NCBI GenBank assembly: GCA_963772725.1
Contig: CAVYYI010000004.1
Coordinates: 288,001-352,000 of the forward strand
Direction: 5' to 3'
DNA from: an uncultured Phycisphaerales bacterium
GTDB taxonomy: Bacteria > Planctomycetota > Phycisphaerae > Sedimentisphaerales > Anaerobacaceae
DNA length: 64,000 nucleotides
The notes under the pieces: generated by a model
What the model saw: only the letters and a program-made list of their open reading frames with translations
The model's database searches: none
What the model was told of the DNA's origin: nothing
Shown: piece by piece, positions 11,099 through 21,057 of the stretch
Numbering within the stretch: the first letter of the stretch is position 1
How the letters are laid out: the number at the start of each line of letters is the position of its first letter
Program-made: the position numbers and the translations under genes

Positions 11099-12193
11099 TT
11101 ATTCTCTTGGTTCGATACAGTCGATTTTGCCGGTGTCATCGGCTATGTAAATTTTCGAATCCTTTATATTCGCGGCGTGGCGTGAAACATTTGCGACATC
11201 AAGGGCGTAAAGTTGCTTGGCCTTTTTGTTATCCATTACCACGAGTAGGCCATTACTGGTAATCACATACGCTTTATCTTTTGCTTCTGCGAGCAAATCT
11301 AGGCCATGGGGCAACTGCCAGATGAGTTTTCCGGTATTTTTGTCTACGGCGACCAGTCCTTTATCTGGAATATACTGGTAGGCAGCTTTCTGAGTAATCC
11401 TCGGTGCGGTGTTGAGAATTGCGCCAGCCTGATATTTCCAATTGAGTTGGCCAGTAATTTTATCAATTTTCCAGAGGTTTGTGTCCTTACCTGCGAAGAA
11501 CAGCGAATTGGCGTCTCTTATCATCGGCCCGACAATGCCGCCATAGGCGTTAAACTGCCATAAACGTTTCGGTTCATCATCTTTGAAGCATATTACATTG
11601 CCCGCATCGGTACTGAAAACGACCGAATTTTCATCGGCAAGGATACCGGTAATCATCGACTCATTTTCAGCGGAAACCTCAAAAAGCTTAACCCCGTCTT
11701 TAGTTCGCAGGACACGAAGCCTGTTATTGTTATCGGCGATATAGAAATAAGAGCTGTTTCTTGCGGGGGGGCAGGTAATGCCGAAATCGAGCCGCATAGT
11801 ATTCAGTTCCACGCCGGAATCGAGATTAATCTCAGACAGCTTGCTGCCGATTGTGGAAATAAGCTCATTATCATATTGTGAGAGTCCCAAAATCGGAAGG
11901 CCTGTTTCAGTAATATACCTTTGCCAGAGTACCGTGCCGTTATTGGGTTCAGCGCAGACCATGTAATTGAGACTGGAAAGGGCGTAAATGCGATTTCCAA
12001 TTATAGATAACTGTTTTAGCTCTTCCCCATTTTTTATAGGAAGTTTCTGGTGCCAAACGAGCCGCAGGTCGGCGGTCTTGAGCAGTTCTGGTGAAACAAG
12101 ACTTTGCAAGTCATTATCCTGAGCAAAACACTGATTCGACTGGCAGATCAATAAAAGACCGGCACATAAGAAAACAATCTTTTTTAGTATCAT
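11099..12193 (-). CDS. Secreted PQQ-like beta-propeller repeat protein (BamB-like)
   Basis: Signal peptide; repeated blade motifs (NGTVLWQ, KITGQLNWKY, KNTGKLIWQ). Confidence 0.75.
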   Translation of the reverse strand: MILKKIVFLCAGLLLICQSNQCFAQDNDLQSLVSPELLKTADLRLVWHQKLPIKNGEELKQLSIIGNRIYALSSLNYMVCAEPNNGTVLWQRYITETGLPILGLSQYDNELISTIGSKLSEINLDSGVELNTMRLDFGITCPPARNSSYFYIADNNNRLRVLRTKDGVKLFEVSAENESMITGILADENSVVFSTDAGNVICFKDDEPKRLWQFNAYGGIVGPMIRDANSLFFAGKDTNLWKIDKITGQLNWKYQAGAILNTAPRITQKAAYQYIPDKGLVAVDKNTGKLIWQLPHGLDLLAEAKDKAYVITSNGLLVVMDNKKAKQLYALDVANVSRHAANIKDSKIYIADDTGKIDCIEPRE

Positions 12194-12259
12194 TTTTTAC
12201 CTCACTACATAAGTCTGTCTTGTCATCACCACTTAGTATTATCTCTCCTGCCCCCTGTA

Positions 12260-12556
12260 TCAGGTCAAATCCACATAATCAACCAAATCAACGTTATTAT
12301 CCTTTTCGAAATTCATCATTTCTTCAATTCGGTTGATATCATCCTGTATCCTGTTAGCGAGCTTAAAAATATAAGGTTTACCCGCCAGCCGGTTCCGGAG
12401 GTCATCAAGCATCGGTTCCCAGCTTCCGCCGTATAATTGCGATTTAAGTACAACCAGCATCCGCTGTTCCTGGGATAGGCTGTTGGCAAAATCTCTAACA
12501 GCTTTGCTGATAGTCTCGTCTTGGCCTTTATCAGAATTTTTTGTTATCTCAGCCAT
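12260..12556 (-). CDS. Hypothetical protein
   Basis: 98-aa ORF with RBS-like GAGG, protein-like composition, co-oriented upstream of the propeller gene. Confidence 0.7.
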   Translation of the reverse strand: MAEITKNSDKGQDETISKAVRDFANSLSQEQRMLVVLKSQLYGGSWEPMLDDLRNRLAGKPYIFKLANRIQDDINRIEEMMNFEKDNNVDLVDYVDLT

Positions 12557-12647
12557 TTTCCAACCTCGATTCAGCCTAATCCTAACAGCTTACGGAAAAA
12601 ATTGCAACAATTTTTCCTAATTTAACCCCAACTAATCAGATATTTTA

Positions 12648-13770
12648 TACTGCTTACGATTGAATTTTCCCGTTTTTATGCAGCTTGAATGTGAAAGTTT
12701 TCTGTCAGTAATGCTCTCAGTTCCGGCAAATATTTCTTTCTCTTCCGGAAAAAGCTCTCACATGCTCGCTTGAATTCACCAAACGTTTCATAGTAGCGAT
12801 TGTTCAGCACTTTTTTCTTAAAAAACTTCCAGTACCGTTCAATCAGATTCAGATTCGGCGAGTATGACGGCAAAAAGATCAATTTGATTTTCGTGCCCTC
12901 GGTATACTCTTTTAACAAACGTGAACGATAATATCGAGCATTGTCAACAATGATGTAAATCCTTTTGGCCTCCGGATGTTTTGCTTCGATCTTAGAGAAC
13001 AAATCAATGGTCGAATTCGCATTGATCGTGTCATAAAACCCTGTCGTTGGCTCCAGTGTTTCGATGTTAATCGCACCATTGATATTCAATCGCTGGCGGC
13101 CACAGTTGGCTTTGAGTTCTTTTTCCCTTCCCGTCTTAATCCAGCCGTAAGAAGGAATGCTGTTGTGCTGCGGGTGGGTGGCATCGGCGAAATAAATTGG
13201 GTCGTTTTGACTTTTGCTTGCCTTGATCTGTTCATATTCCTCGAGAAATGCCTGTTGCTTGATGGGGTCTTGTTTACCGGGAACATGTGTCGGCTTCTTG
13301 TAGGAAAATCCAAGACGATGCAGCAAATCGGTGACTCCGCTGACGGAGTAATGGACCACATACTGCTTGTCAATGTGAGCGATAACCGATTTGGCATCGG
13401 GGAAAATATGATCTTCGAGATATGCCTCAAGTTCGCTCATTTGATGTTCATCGAGTTTCGGTTCTGCGCCGGGATAGTTGTCATCCAGCAATGCCTGGAA
13501 ACCGTCTTGCCGATACCGCTCGAAATAGCCCCGTGATGTCTTCTCATCGAAAAGAAGTATCTCGGCCACCTGAGCCGCCGACCATCCCTTTGCTAAAGCA
13601 ATGACCGCTTTGACCCGGTCGGCCTGACGCTTATCACGCAACGAACGATGCAATGCCTCCAGTTCAGCTATTTTTTCTTTTGACAACTTATAATCCTTCA
13701 TATACGCTGTTTATCGGACAGAAGGTGCTTTTTGATTGAAAAATACGGAATTTTTCAATCAAGAGTAGTA
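12648..13770 (-). mobile_element. IS630-family insertion sequence
   Basis: Imperfect TIRs TACTGCTTACGATTGAA / TACTACTCTTGATTGAA flanked by a TA duplication (12646-47, 13771-72); encloses a DDE transposase. Confidence 0.88.
12676..13701 (-). CDS. IS630-family transposase (single intact ORF)
   Basis: HTH N-terminus, LGFSYKKP, YFADATH, IVDNARYY, LPSYSPNLNLIERYW. Confidence 0.95.
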   Translation of the reverse strand: MKDYKLSKEKIAELEALHRSLRDKRQADRVKAVIALAKGWSAAQVAEILLFDEKTSRGYFERYRQDGFQALLDDNYPGAEPKLDEHQMSELEAYLEDHIFPDAKSVIAHIDKQYVVHYSVSGVTDLLHRLGFSYKKPTHVPGKQDPIKQQAFLEEYEQIKASKSQNDPIYFADATHPQHNSIPSYGWIKTGREKELKANCGRQRLNINGAINIETLEPTTGFYDTINANSTIDLFSKIEAKHPEAKRIYIIVDNARYYRSRLLKEYTEGTKIKLIFLPSYSPNLNLIERYWKFFKKKVLNNRYYETFGEFKRACESFFRKRKKYLPELRALLTENFHIQAA

Positions 13771-14074
13771 TACATTAATACGGGCAGGTTATTTGTTTTT
13801 GAAGGTGATTTTCCATGCAATAGTGCGGTTTTGAGGCGCCGAGATATCTAATACATCCTTTTTTTATAAATAGTTTTCCGTCGCGAATAACAGAGAAAGT
13901 ATTATTGTTTGAATTGTAACAAGAGTTTTGCAAAAACGCGGCAACGAAAAAAGAATGCTTCACAAAGACTCTCCTTGCTAAATTTATCTACAAATCAGTA
14001 TAAACCAACAGTATAATATTTAGCGTTGGGGTTGTAAAATAATAAAGTTTTTCAGTGAAAGGTGCAGTGTTTTT

Positions 14075-15847
14075 GTGAATACGGCTGATTTGAGCAACGT
14101 GGTTTTAATCGCGGTTTTTGTGCTTTGCGGCTTAACAAGCATTTTCGCGATAGTTTCGTTAATGCTTGAGACTGAAGCGGCGAAGAGGGTTTTTGCGTGG
14201 GCAAAAGGTGCAATGCTAACGGGGGCGGGGCTGGCGGTTATTCTGCTAATTTTGCTGACGAAAGGATTTTTAACTGATGATTTTGCCATTGCGGCGGTTG
14301 GCCAATACAGTGCAGCGAATATGCCTTTTTTTTATAAATTGAGCGCGGTCTGGGCAGGGTCGGCGGGGTCGTTCGTTTTGTGGATGGCGTTTATGTTTGC
14401 GGCTTTCGCGATTTGGGTCATTACTACAGATGTGAAGAATTTGAAATTTGCGGCGGCAGGCTTGGCTATTGGAGCGGTGATTTGTACGGGATTTTCCGCG
14501 ATGCTGATTTTTTCAGCAAAGCCTTTTGCGGCGAGTACGGGGACGATTACTGATGGGGTGGGCCTTAATCCTCTACTGCGGAATTTTTGGATGATTATTC
14601 ATCCGCCTTTATTGTTCGTGGGGTTCTCGGCGTTTTTGATGCCCTTTGTAATTGTTTTGAGCGGTGTTTTTACAGGAATTGATTTTTCTGAAATTCGTAT
14701 AATATTGAAGCGATGGCTGCTTTTCGCGATATTATTTTTGAGCCTTGGCATCGGAACGGGGGCAAAGTGGTCGTATGTTGTGTTGGGTTGGGGCGGGTAC
14801 TGGTCGTGGGACCCAGTTGAGAATGCCTCTCTTTTGCCGTGGCTTATAAGTCTCGCGGCACTTCATAGTATAGTTCGAGCGAAAAACAAGGGTATTTCAA
14901 TCGGTACGGCCGGTCTGATACCTTTACCTTTGATTTTGTGTTTTACGGCGACTTATGTAACCAGAAGTGGAATTTTAGCGTCGGTTCACGCGTTTGGTGA
15001 TAATAAGACGTTTTTTATTCTGCAGTCGATTATTATTGTCTGTATATTGCTTTGGCTGGCAGGTGTCATATATAGCTTAAAACTTAAGACTGAAAGCTCA
15101 AAACTAACAGTGATATTCTGGGCTAACGCGATTCTTATTTTTTCAGCGGTCGCGGTGGGGGCGGGAACATTTTGGCCTGTGATACAGCGAATTTTCATAG
15201 CCCAAGGTCAGGGGACAATTACGCTGACAAGGGATTATTATGACAGGATAATATCGGTGTCGGCACTGTTCTTATCTGGCTTGCTCATATTTTCGGAAAT
15301 TATCAGAACGAAAAGACGCATTTTCCGCAAAGGCGGATTGGATTTTGGATTCAAAATCGGAAATCCTGGCCTCGGCGGTTACATAGCACATCTGGGCTTT
15401 TTGCTTTTGGTTCTTGCCTGCTGGATTTCATCGAACGAACAGGTGATTGACGCGAGGCTGGCCAGGGGCGAAAAGACTGTTTTTGGTGGCTATTCGATAA
15501 CGTATAAATCATTTGAGCGAACAATATCAAAAGATGCGGTCAAAGTCGGGCCTGAAATTGAAATTGAGAAAGGTGGATTTAAAAAAACGATGCGGCCTCA
15601 GAATGTGATTTATACGGATGGGAAAAAAGTATCTGAGGCGGCTGTTTGCAGCGGTTTGGCGGAAGATGTTTATATTTTGTTCGACAACGTGGGCTGGGAC
15701 GGAAAGGTTGCCCTTGAGGTTAAGGTAAAGCCCTTTATGATGTGGCTGTGGGCAGGAATGATATTGGTCACATTAGGGGCAGCGATGGCCATTTTCGAGC
15801 GTAAAAAAGGGGAAATTGATTATGAGCCGGGTAGAACTGAAACTTGA
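14075..15847 (+). CDS. ccmF: Cytochrome c biogenesis heme lyase, CcmF/NrfE family
   Basis: IIHPPLLFVGF, WWD-type motif GWGGYWSWDPVENASLLPW, TRSGILASVHAF, many TM helices. Confidence 0.88.
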   Translation: MNTADLSNVVLIAVFVLCGLTSIFAIVSLMLETEAAKRVFAWAKGAMLTGAGLAVILLILLTKGFLTDDFAIAAVGQYSAANMPFFYKLSAVWAGSAGSFVLWMAFMFAAFAIWVITTDVKNLKFAAAGLAIGAVICTGFSAMLIFSAKPFAASTGTITDGVGLNPLLRNFWMIIHPPLLFVGFSAFLMPFVIVLSGVFTGIDFSEIRIILKRWLLFAILFLSLGIGTGAKWSYVVLGWGGYWSWDPVENASLLPWLISLAALHSIVRAKNKGISIGTAGLIPLPLILCFTATYVTRSGILASVHAFGDNKTFFILQSIIIVCILLWLAGVIYSLKLKTESSKLTVIFWANAILIFSAVAVGAGTFWPVIQRIFIAQGQGTITLTRDYYDRIISVSALFLSGLLIFSEIIRTKRRIFRKGGLDFGFKIGNPGLGGYIAHLGFLLLVLACWISSNEQVIDARLARGEKTVFGGYSITYKSFERTISKDAVKVGPEIEIEKGGFKKTMRPQNVIYTDGKKVSEAAVCSGLAEDVYILFDNVGWDGKVALEVKVKPFMMWLWAGMILVTLGAAMAIFERKKGEIDYEPGRTET

Positions 15848-15990
15848 GCGGAACGTATAAAGATTACTCAACGGACTTGCAAGGTTTATAAAGGGAGATA
15901 TAATAAGCAATTGCATTGGGGGTTATTGATAAATTCGGTGACTTTGTTTATACTGTGTATAAACAGAAATTCAGTAAAGAACGGTAATTA

Positions 15991-17268
15991 ATGAAGCTTA
16001 GGTTATACAATATAACGCATCAAAACTGCCCGGTGGAGGCTCGTGAAAAGGCAAGTTTTACCGAAGAGCAGCGAATTTCGATGCTGGCTAAGATGCGGGC
16101 TGAAGACAATATCAGGGAGGCAGTGATTTTAGAGACCTGCAACCGGACGGAGTTTTATATTTACGTGAAGAAGGAATTCGACTGCGCCAGATTTCTGGAG
16201 GGTTTAATCAGGCAGACAAAGCCGCAGGTCAATCAATGCTGGAACAGATATTATCAGGAGGTGGAGGGTACAGACGCGGTAAGGCATCTTTTCGAGGTGG
16301 CAGCGGGCTTGAATTCTCAGATGCTCGGGGAAAACCAGATTTTATCACAGGTTAAAGCCGCTTATACATTATCACACGAAAATCTGATGAGTGGTTTTTT
16401 ATTTCACAGGCTTTTTCATATCGCTTTTCGGGTGGGAAAAGCAGTTCGGACACTTACGAATATTAATTGTGGGGCGGTTTCAGTTGCGCTCGCGGCGGTG
16501 GATATGGCCAGAAAGAAAGTGGATTTGCCTTCAAGCAGGGTAATGGTCATAGGGGCGGGAGAAAACGCGGCTCTTGTGGCGAAGTACCTTGTTAAATCGG
16601 CCCCGGCGGAGTTGGTTATCGCCAACCGGAGTGTTCAAAGAGCGCGAACTCTTTGTAAACTGCTTAAAAAAGGCCACGCAATGAGTCTGAATAAAGTGAA
16701 GGAATATTTATCCGATGTCGATTTGGTAATCAGCTCGGCAACATGCGATGAGCCGGTGATAAAATACAAGGAGGTTGCCGGCATCCTTAAAAAGCGGAAG
16801 AAACCTTTGGTGATAATAGATATCGCTGTGCCTCGTGATATTGCGCCGTCGGTGGGAAAAATAAAATGCGTGAGCCTGTTCAATATTGATGATTTGGATG
16901 AACAGATAGATATTAACAAGAAGAAACGCAGCAGGGAGATTCCGAAGGCTCGCAGGATTGTTGATGAGTTTACGGATAAGTTTGCGAACTGGTATGAATC
17001 CCTGAACATTTTTCCTGTTATAACGGAATTGACGCAGAAAGGCGTTGACCTTGCCCATAGCGAGGCGAAAAGATACGTGAGGGATTTTGGAAAAGACAAT
17101 CTGGGCAAACTCGAGGTTTTCGCGGAAGCGCTGGTCAGGAAGGTTCTGCATGGGCCGATAGATTTTATTAAAGGGGGCGGCGATGGGGATAATCTGGATG
17201 CTGAGAGATTCGCGGCAACGGAACTGATAGGCAAAATGTTTCTTTCGAAGGGCAAAGGCAACGGATGA
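15991..17268 (+). CDS. hemA: Glutamyl-tRNA reductase
   Basis: ETCNRTEFY, GLNSQMLGENQILSQVK, IGAGEN, DIAVPRDI. Confidence 0.96.
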   Translation: MKLRLYNITHQNCPVEAREKASFTEEQRISMLAKMRAEDNIREAVILETCNRTEFYIYVKKEFDCARFLEGLIRQTKPQVNQCWNRYYQEVEGTDAVRHLFEVAAGLNSQMLGENQILSQVKAAYTLSHENLMSGFLFHRLFHIAFRVGKAVRTLTNINCGAVSVALAAVDMARKKVDLPSSRVMVIGAGENAALVAKYLVKSAPAELVIANRSVQRARTLCKLLKKGHAMSLNKVKEYLSDVDLVISSATCDEPVIKYKEVAGILKKRKKPLVIIDIAVPRDIAPSVGKIKCVSLFNIDDLDEQIDINKKKRSREIPKARRIVDEFTDKFANWYESLNIFPVITELTQKGVDLAHSEAKRYVRDFGKDNLGKLEVFAEALVRKVLHGPIDFIKGGGDGDNLDAERFAATELIGKMFLSKGKGNG

Positions 17269-18191
17269 TAAAGACGCTGACTGTCGCAACAAGAGCAGGT
17301 GATTTGGCTATTGCGCAGACGGGCATTATCGTGTCGGCTTTGAAAAAGATTTATCCCGATATAAATATAAAAATAAAAAAGATAACGACGAGCGGCGACA
17401 AGGACAGGGTAACATCGCTGTGGGAATTGAAGGACAGCGGATTTTTTACTTCGCAGCTCGAAGAGACGCTGCTGGCGGGACAGGCGGATTTCGCGGTGCA
17501 TAGCTTCAAAGATTTGCCGACGGAACAGCGGAAAGGGCTGAGTGTCGCGGCGATTTATAAAAGGGATTATGCTCAGGACTGCCTGGTAAGTAAAGAGGCT
17601 ATTAATTCGATTGAGCAGTTAAAACCTTCAGCGAAAATCGGGACATCGAGTTTGAGACGTGCGGTACAGATTAAAAGATTAAGGTCTGATTTTGAGATTG
17701 CCCCGATTCGGGGAAATGTTCAAACGCGGATAAGGCAGCTTGATAAAGGTTATTTTGACGCGGTTATTCTGGCCAGAGCGGGACTTGAAAGAATCGGGAT
17801 GGGCGATAAAATATCCTTATGTTTTGAGCCGTCGGAGTTTATTTCCGCACCGGCGCAGGGGGCGTTGGCGGTTCAGACAAGGAGCGCGGACAGGGAAATA
17901 GTCGATATGCTTGCCTGTGTAGATGATGAAAAGACCCGCGAAGAAGTTTTGGCGGAAAGAGAAGTGCTGACGATAATGCGGTGCGGCTGTCATGCGCCGG
18001 TGGGAGTATTCGCGAAGATTGAAAACGATGCTATAACGATAGACGCTTTTATATCCGATTTGCAGGGCGAAAATTTTATAAAGCGAAAAGTTGCCGGGCA
18101 GGCTGGTGACTCGATAAAGCTGGCCGGACAAATCGCTAAAGAGCTTCTCGATGCGGGAGGCAATGAGATTCTCGAAGAATTGAAAAGATGA
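17265..18191 (+). CDS. hemC: Hydroxymethylbilane synthase (porphobilinogen deaminase)
   Basis: AVHSFKDLP, GTSSLRR, IRGNVQTR, PAQGALAV, GCHAPVG. Confidence 0.96.
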   Translation: MIKTLTVATRAGDLAIAQTGIIVSALKKIYPDINIKIKKITTSGDKDRVTSLWELKDSGFFTSQLEETLLAGQADFAVHSFKDLPTEQRKGLSVAAIYKRDYAQDCLVSKEAINSIEQLKPSAKIGTSSLRRAVQIKRLRSDFEIAPIRGNVQTRIRQLDKGYFDAVILARAGLERIGMGDKISLCFEPSEFISAPAQGALAVQTRSADREIVDMLACVDDEKTREEVLAEREVLTIMRCGCHAPVGVFAKIENDAITIDAFISDLQGENFIKRKVAGQAGDSIKLAGQIAKELLDAGGNEILEELKR

Positions 18192-18192
18192 T

Positions 18193-19698
18193 ATGAAAAA
18201 GGCCGGTAAAAGTAAAACTACGGTGTATCTTGTTGGGGCGGGGCCTGGTGACGCGGGGCTGATAACCGTTCGCGGGTCCGAATTGCTCAAGACGGCGGAT
18301 TGCATAATCTGCGATAAGCTCGCTAATCCGGTTTTGCTTTCTATGGCGAAACCTGGCACGGAGATTATTCATACGCCGAAAAGAATCGGGGAAGGTTCTT
18401 TCACGCAGGATAAAATCAATCAACTGCTGCTCGACAAGGCCAAAGAGGGCAAAATTGTTGTGCGGCTAAAGGGGGGAGACCCTTGTATTTTCGGCAGGGG
18501 AAATGAGGAGGCCGCTGTGCTGGCCAAGGCCGGTATTGATTTTGAGATTGTGCCTGGGATAACTTCGGGCATCGCGGCGGGTGAATACGCGGGGATTATG
18601 CTTACTGACCGCAATTACAGTTCGCAGGTGGTTTTTGTTACCGGCAAAGAGGCGGAGAATAAAGAGCAAAGCGGCATCGACTGGCAATGGCTGGCGAGGT
18701 TTAACGGGACGATAGTTTTTTATATGGGGATGGGAAATCTGGAGTTTATAACTTCAGAATTGATAAGAAACGGGATTGCGGAAGATACTCCGGCGGCGGT
18801 GATTGCAAACGCCACAACGCCGCAGCAAAAAGTTGTAAAGGGAACGGTCAGAAATATAAACAGAAAGTGCGTCGAGGGGAAAGTGGAGGCGCCGGCTATT
18901 GTGGTTATCGGGCAGGCCGCACGAGGAGATAATGAACTTGACTGGTTTATGAAGAAACCGCTGTTCGGGAAGAATATTGTTATAACCAGAGACGCGGAGG
19001 GTAACAGGGATTTGGCGGAAAAAATTATGCGCAGGGGCGGAACGGCGATAGATTTTCCAACAATAAAAATCCGGCCTTTGACGAATGAAAGCAGTTTTAT
19101 TGAGGCGGTTTCTTTGCTGGCGGAATTTGACTGGGTGGTATTTACCAGCGTTAATGGGGTAAAATTCTTTTTTGATTTCGTCAATGAGCTTGGGAAAGAC
19201 GCAAGAGTTTTTGGTTCGGCGAAAATTGCGGCGATAGGAAAAGAGACGGCGGCAAAGCTTGGGCAATTCGGAATAAAGGCGGATTTTGTGCCGGGCGTTT
19301 TTACCAGTGTCGAACTGGGCAGGCAGTTAATTGAGCATGTTAATTTGAAAGGTAAAAAGGTTCTGCTGCTTCGCTCCGAGCTTGCGGGAGATGAATTAAG
19401 CGTGATACTTGAGCATGCTGGGGCGGAGGTGAGGAATGAAAGCCTTTATACCATTGAGACGCAAAAAAATGATACGGAAATACTGACAGCGAAAATTGAC
19501 TGGCTGACTTTTGCAAGTCCATCGGCGGTGAGGGGGTTTTTTGAGCAGGTTCCAAAAGAGCGGGTTGGGCGCGGAGTTAAAATAGCTTCGATTGGGCCTG
19601 TAACTTCCGCGGAATTGCGGCAAATAAATGTTAATATTGATATTGAAGCACAGGAGCATACTTTTGAGGGTTTGCTTGATGCGATTGAAGAAAGTTAG
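18193..19698 (+). CDS. cobA: Uroporphyrinogen-III C-methyltransferase / uroporphyrinogen-III synthase fusion (CobA-HemD)
   Basis: VGAGPGDAGLIT, RLKGGDP, then HemD domain FDWVVFTSVNGV...FASPSAV...IGPVT. Confidence 0.95.
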   Translation: MKKAGKSKTTVYLVGAGPGDAGLITVRGSELLKTADCIICDKLANPVLLSMAKPGTEIIHTPKRIGEGSFTQDKINQLLLDKAKEGKIVVRLKGGDPCIFGRGNEEAAVLAKAGIDFEIVPGITSGIAAGEYAGIMLTDRNYSSQVVFVTGKEAENKEQSGIDWQWLARFNGTIVFYMGMGNLEFITSELIRNGIAEDTPAAVIANATTPQQKVVKGTVRNINRKCVEGKVEAPAIVVIGQAARGDNELDWFMKKPLFGKNIVITRDAEGNRDLAEKIMRRGGTAIDFPTIKIRPLTNESSFIEAVSLLAEFDWVVFTSVNGVKFFFDFVNELGKDARVFGSAKIAAIGKETAAKLGQFGIKADFVPGVFTSVELGRQLIEHVNLKGKKVLLLRSELAGDELSVILEHAGAEVRNESLYTIETQKNDTEILTAKIDWLTFASPSAVRGFFEQVPKERVGRGVKIASIGPVTSAELRQINVNIDIEAQEHTFEGLLDAIEES

Positions 19699-19700
19699 AG

Positions 19701-20871
19701 ATGATAAATATATCGAGATTATATTGCGGCCTTTGTGGGGAATCCGACCACTTGCGTTATGCGGAGCGGAACAGCTTTGGGCCGATAGTGGTTTATAACT
19801 GCACGAAAAGATGCAATTTGAGATGTATGCACTGTTACAGCGCATCGGGGTCAGCGAAAGGCGATGATGAATTAACAACCTCGCAGGCAAAGGAAATGCT
19901 CGCAGAGGCGGCTCAGATAAATTGCCCCGTGGTTCTATTCAGCGGTGGTGAGCCCTTGCTGCGGGAGGATTTGTTCGAATTGCTGGCGGAGGCACGGCGG
20001 TTGAAATTGCGGACAGTTATTTCGACTAATGGAACGCTGATAGATGCGGCGGTCGCGGGAAAACTTGCCGAAGCGGGGGTGGGTTATGTTGGAATATCCA
20101 TTGACGGTGGTGAGGAATTTCACGATAAGTTCAGGGGCGTAAAGGGCAGTTTTGCGGCAACGGCGGCGGGAATCGAAAACTGCAAAAAGGCGGGGCTGAA
20201 AACCGGGCTGCGTTTTACGATAACAAAGGCCAACGCTGAGCAGGTTCCTTATGTTTTTGATTTTGCGGCATCGGCGGGAGTGAGAAGGATATGTTTTTAT
20301 CACCTGATACGCACGGGCAGAGCAATGAACGCGGCACAAAATCAGGGAGCATCTGAGGGGATGTGCTATGTGCCGGGGATTGACCGGACGCGGAAAATCG
20401 TTAACGTAATAATAGAAAAAACCGATTATGGTGTCAGGAACCATTTTCTTGATGAGGTGCTCACGGTTGGAAATCACTGCGATGGGCCTTATCTTTTGAC
20501 GAAAATGGTGAAAGAGAAAAATCCGGCGTATGAAAGTGCCAAACGGCTGCCTGCTTATTAACGGCGGAAATAAAATCGGTGAAAAAATAAGTTGCGTCGG
20601 ATGGGACGGGAACGTTTATGCCGACCAGTTTTGGCGAAATTATTCGCTGGGTAATGTAAAGGAAGAGACTTTCGGGCAGATATGGCAAAATGACGATGAG
20701 CCGGCACTGAAAAAACTGCGGCATAAATCCGAATTTGCGGACAAGAGGTGCCTGACTTGCAGGTGGTTCGATTTGTGCAAGGGCAATTTCAGATTTTGCG
20801 GCGATAATAGCGGAGATGAAAACTGGGTCAATGAGCCGTCGTGCTATTTGACCGACGAAGAAATAAAATAA
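19701..20871 (+). CDS. ahbC: Radical SAM/SPASM protein, AhbC/NirJ1-like (Fe-coproporphyrin III synthase); frameshift near 20550
   Basis: MINISRLYCG start, CxxxCxxC (CNLRCMHC), SGGEPL; SPASM tail CLTCRWFDLCKGN...EPSCYL in shifted frame; heme cluster context. Confidence 0.85.
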
Positions 20872-21034
20872 GAAGACAGAACACAGAATACAGTAGACAG
20901 TAGAAAAGTTCGTTGTTCAGAGTTCGTAGTTGGTAGAAAAGAAGAAAATTAACCACGAATGAACACGAATAGACGCTAAGAAGATTGATTATTGATGACT
21001 GATGATTATTTTTAAACCTGTGAAATCTGCGGCT
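20871..21034. repeat. Stacked short-period repeat cassettes (heptamers and decamers)
   Basis: AGAAGAC AGAACAC AGAATAC AGTAGAC AGTAGAA; AGTTCGT TGTTCAG AGTTCGT AGTTGGT; AACCACGAAT GAACACGAAT; GATTGAT TATTGAT GACTGAT. Confidence 0.65.
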
Positions 21035-21057
21035 TAAAATAAATGTAAGGAATTATT

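Noticed and set aside
16635..17501. 288-aa minus-strand ORF
   Set aside because: Antisense to hemA/hemC with no recognisable motifs
20871..21034. CRISPR-like array
   Set aside because: Units are 7-10 nt and contiguous, with no unique spacers and no cas genes in the window
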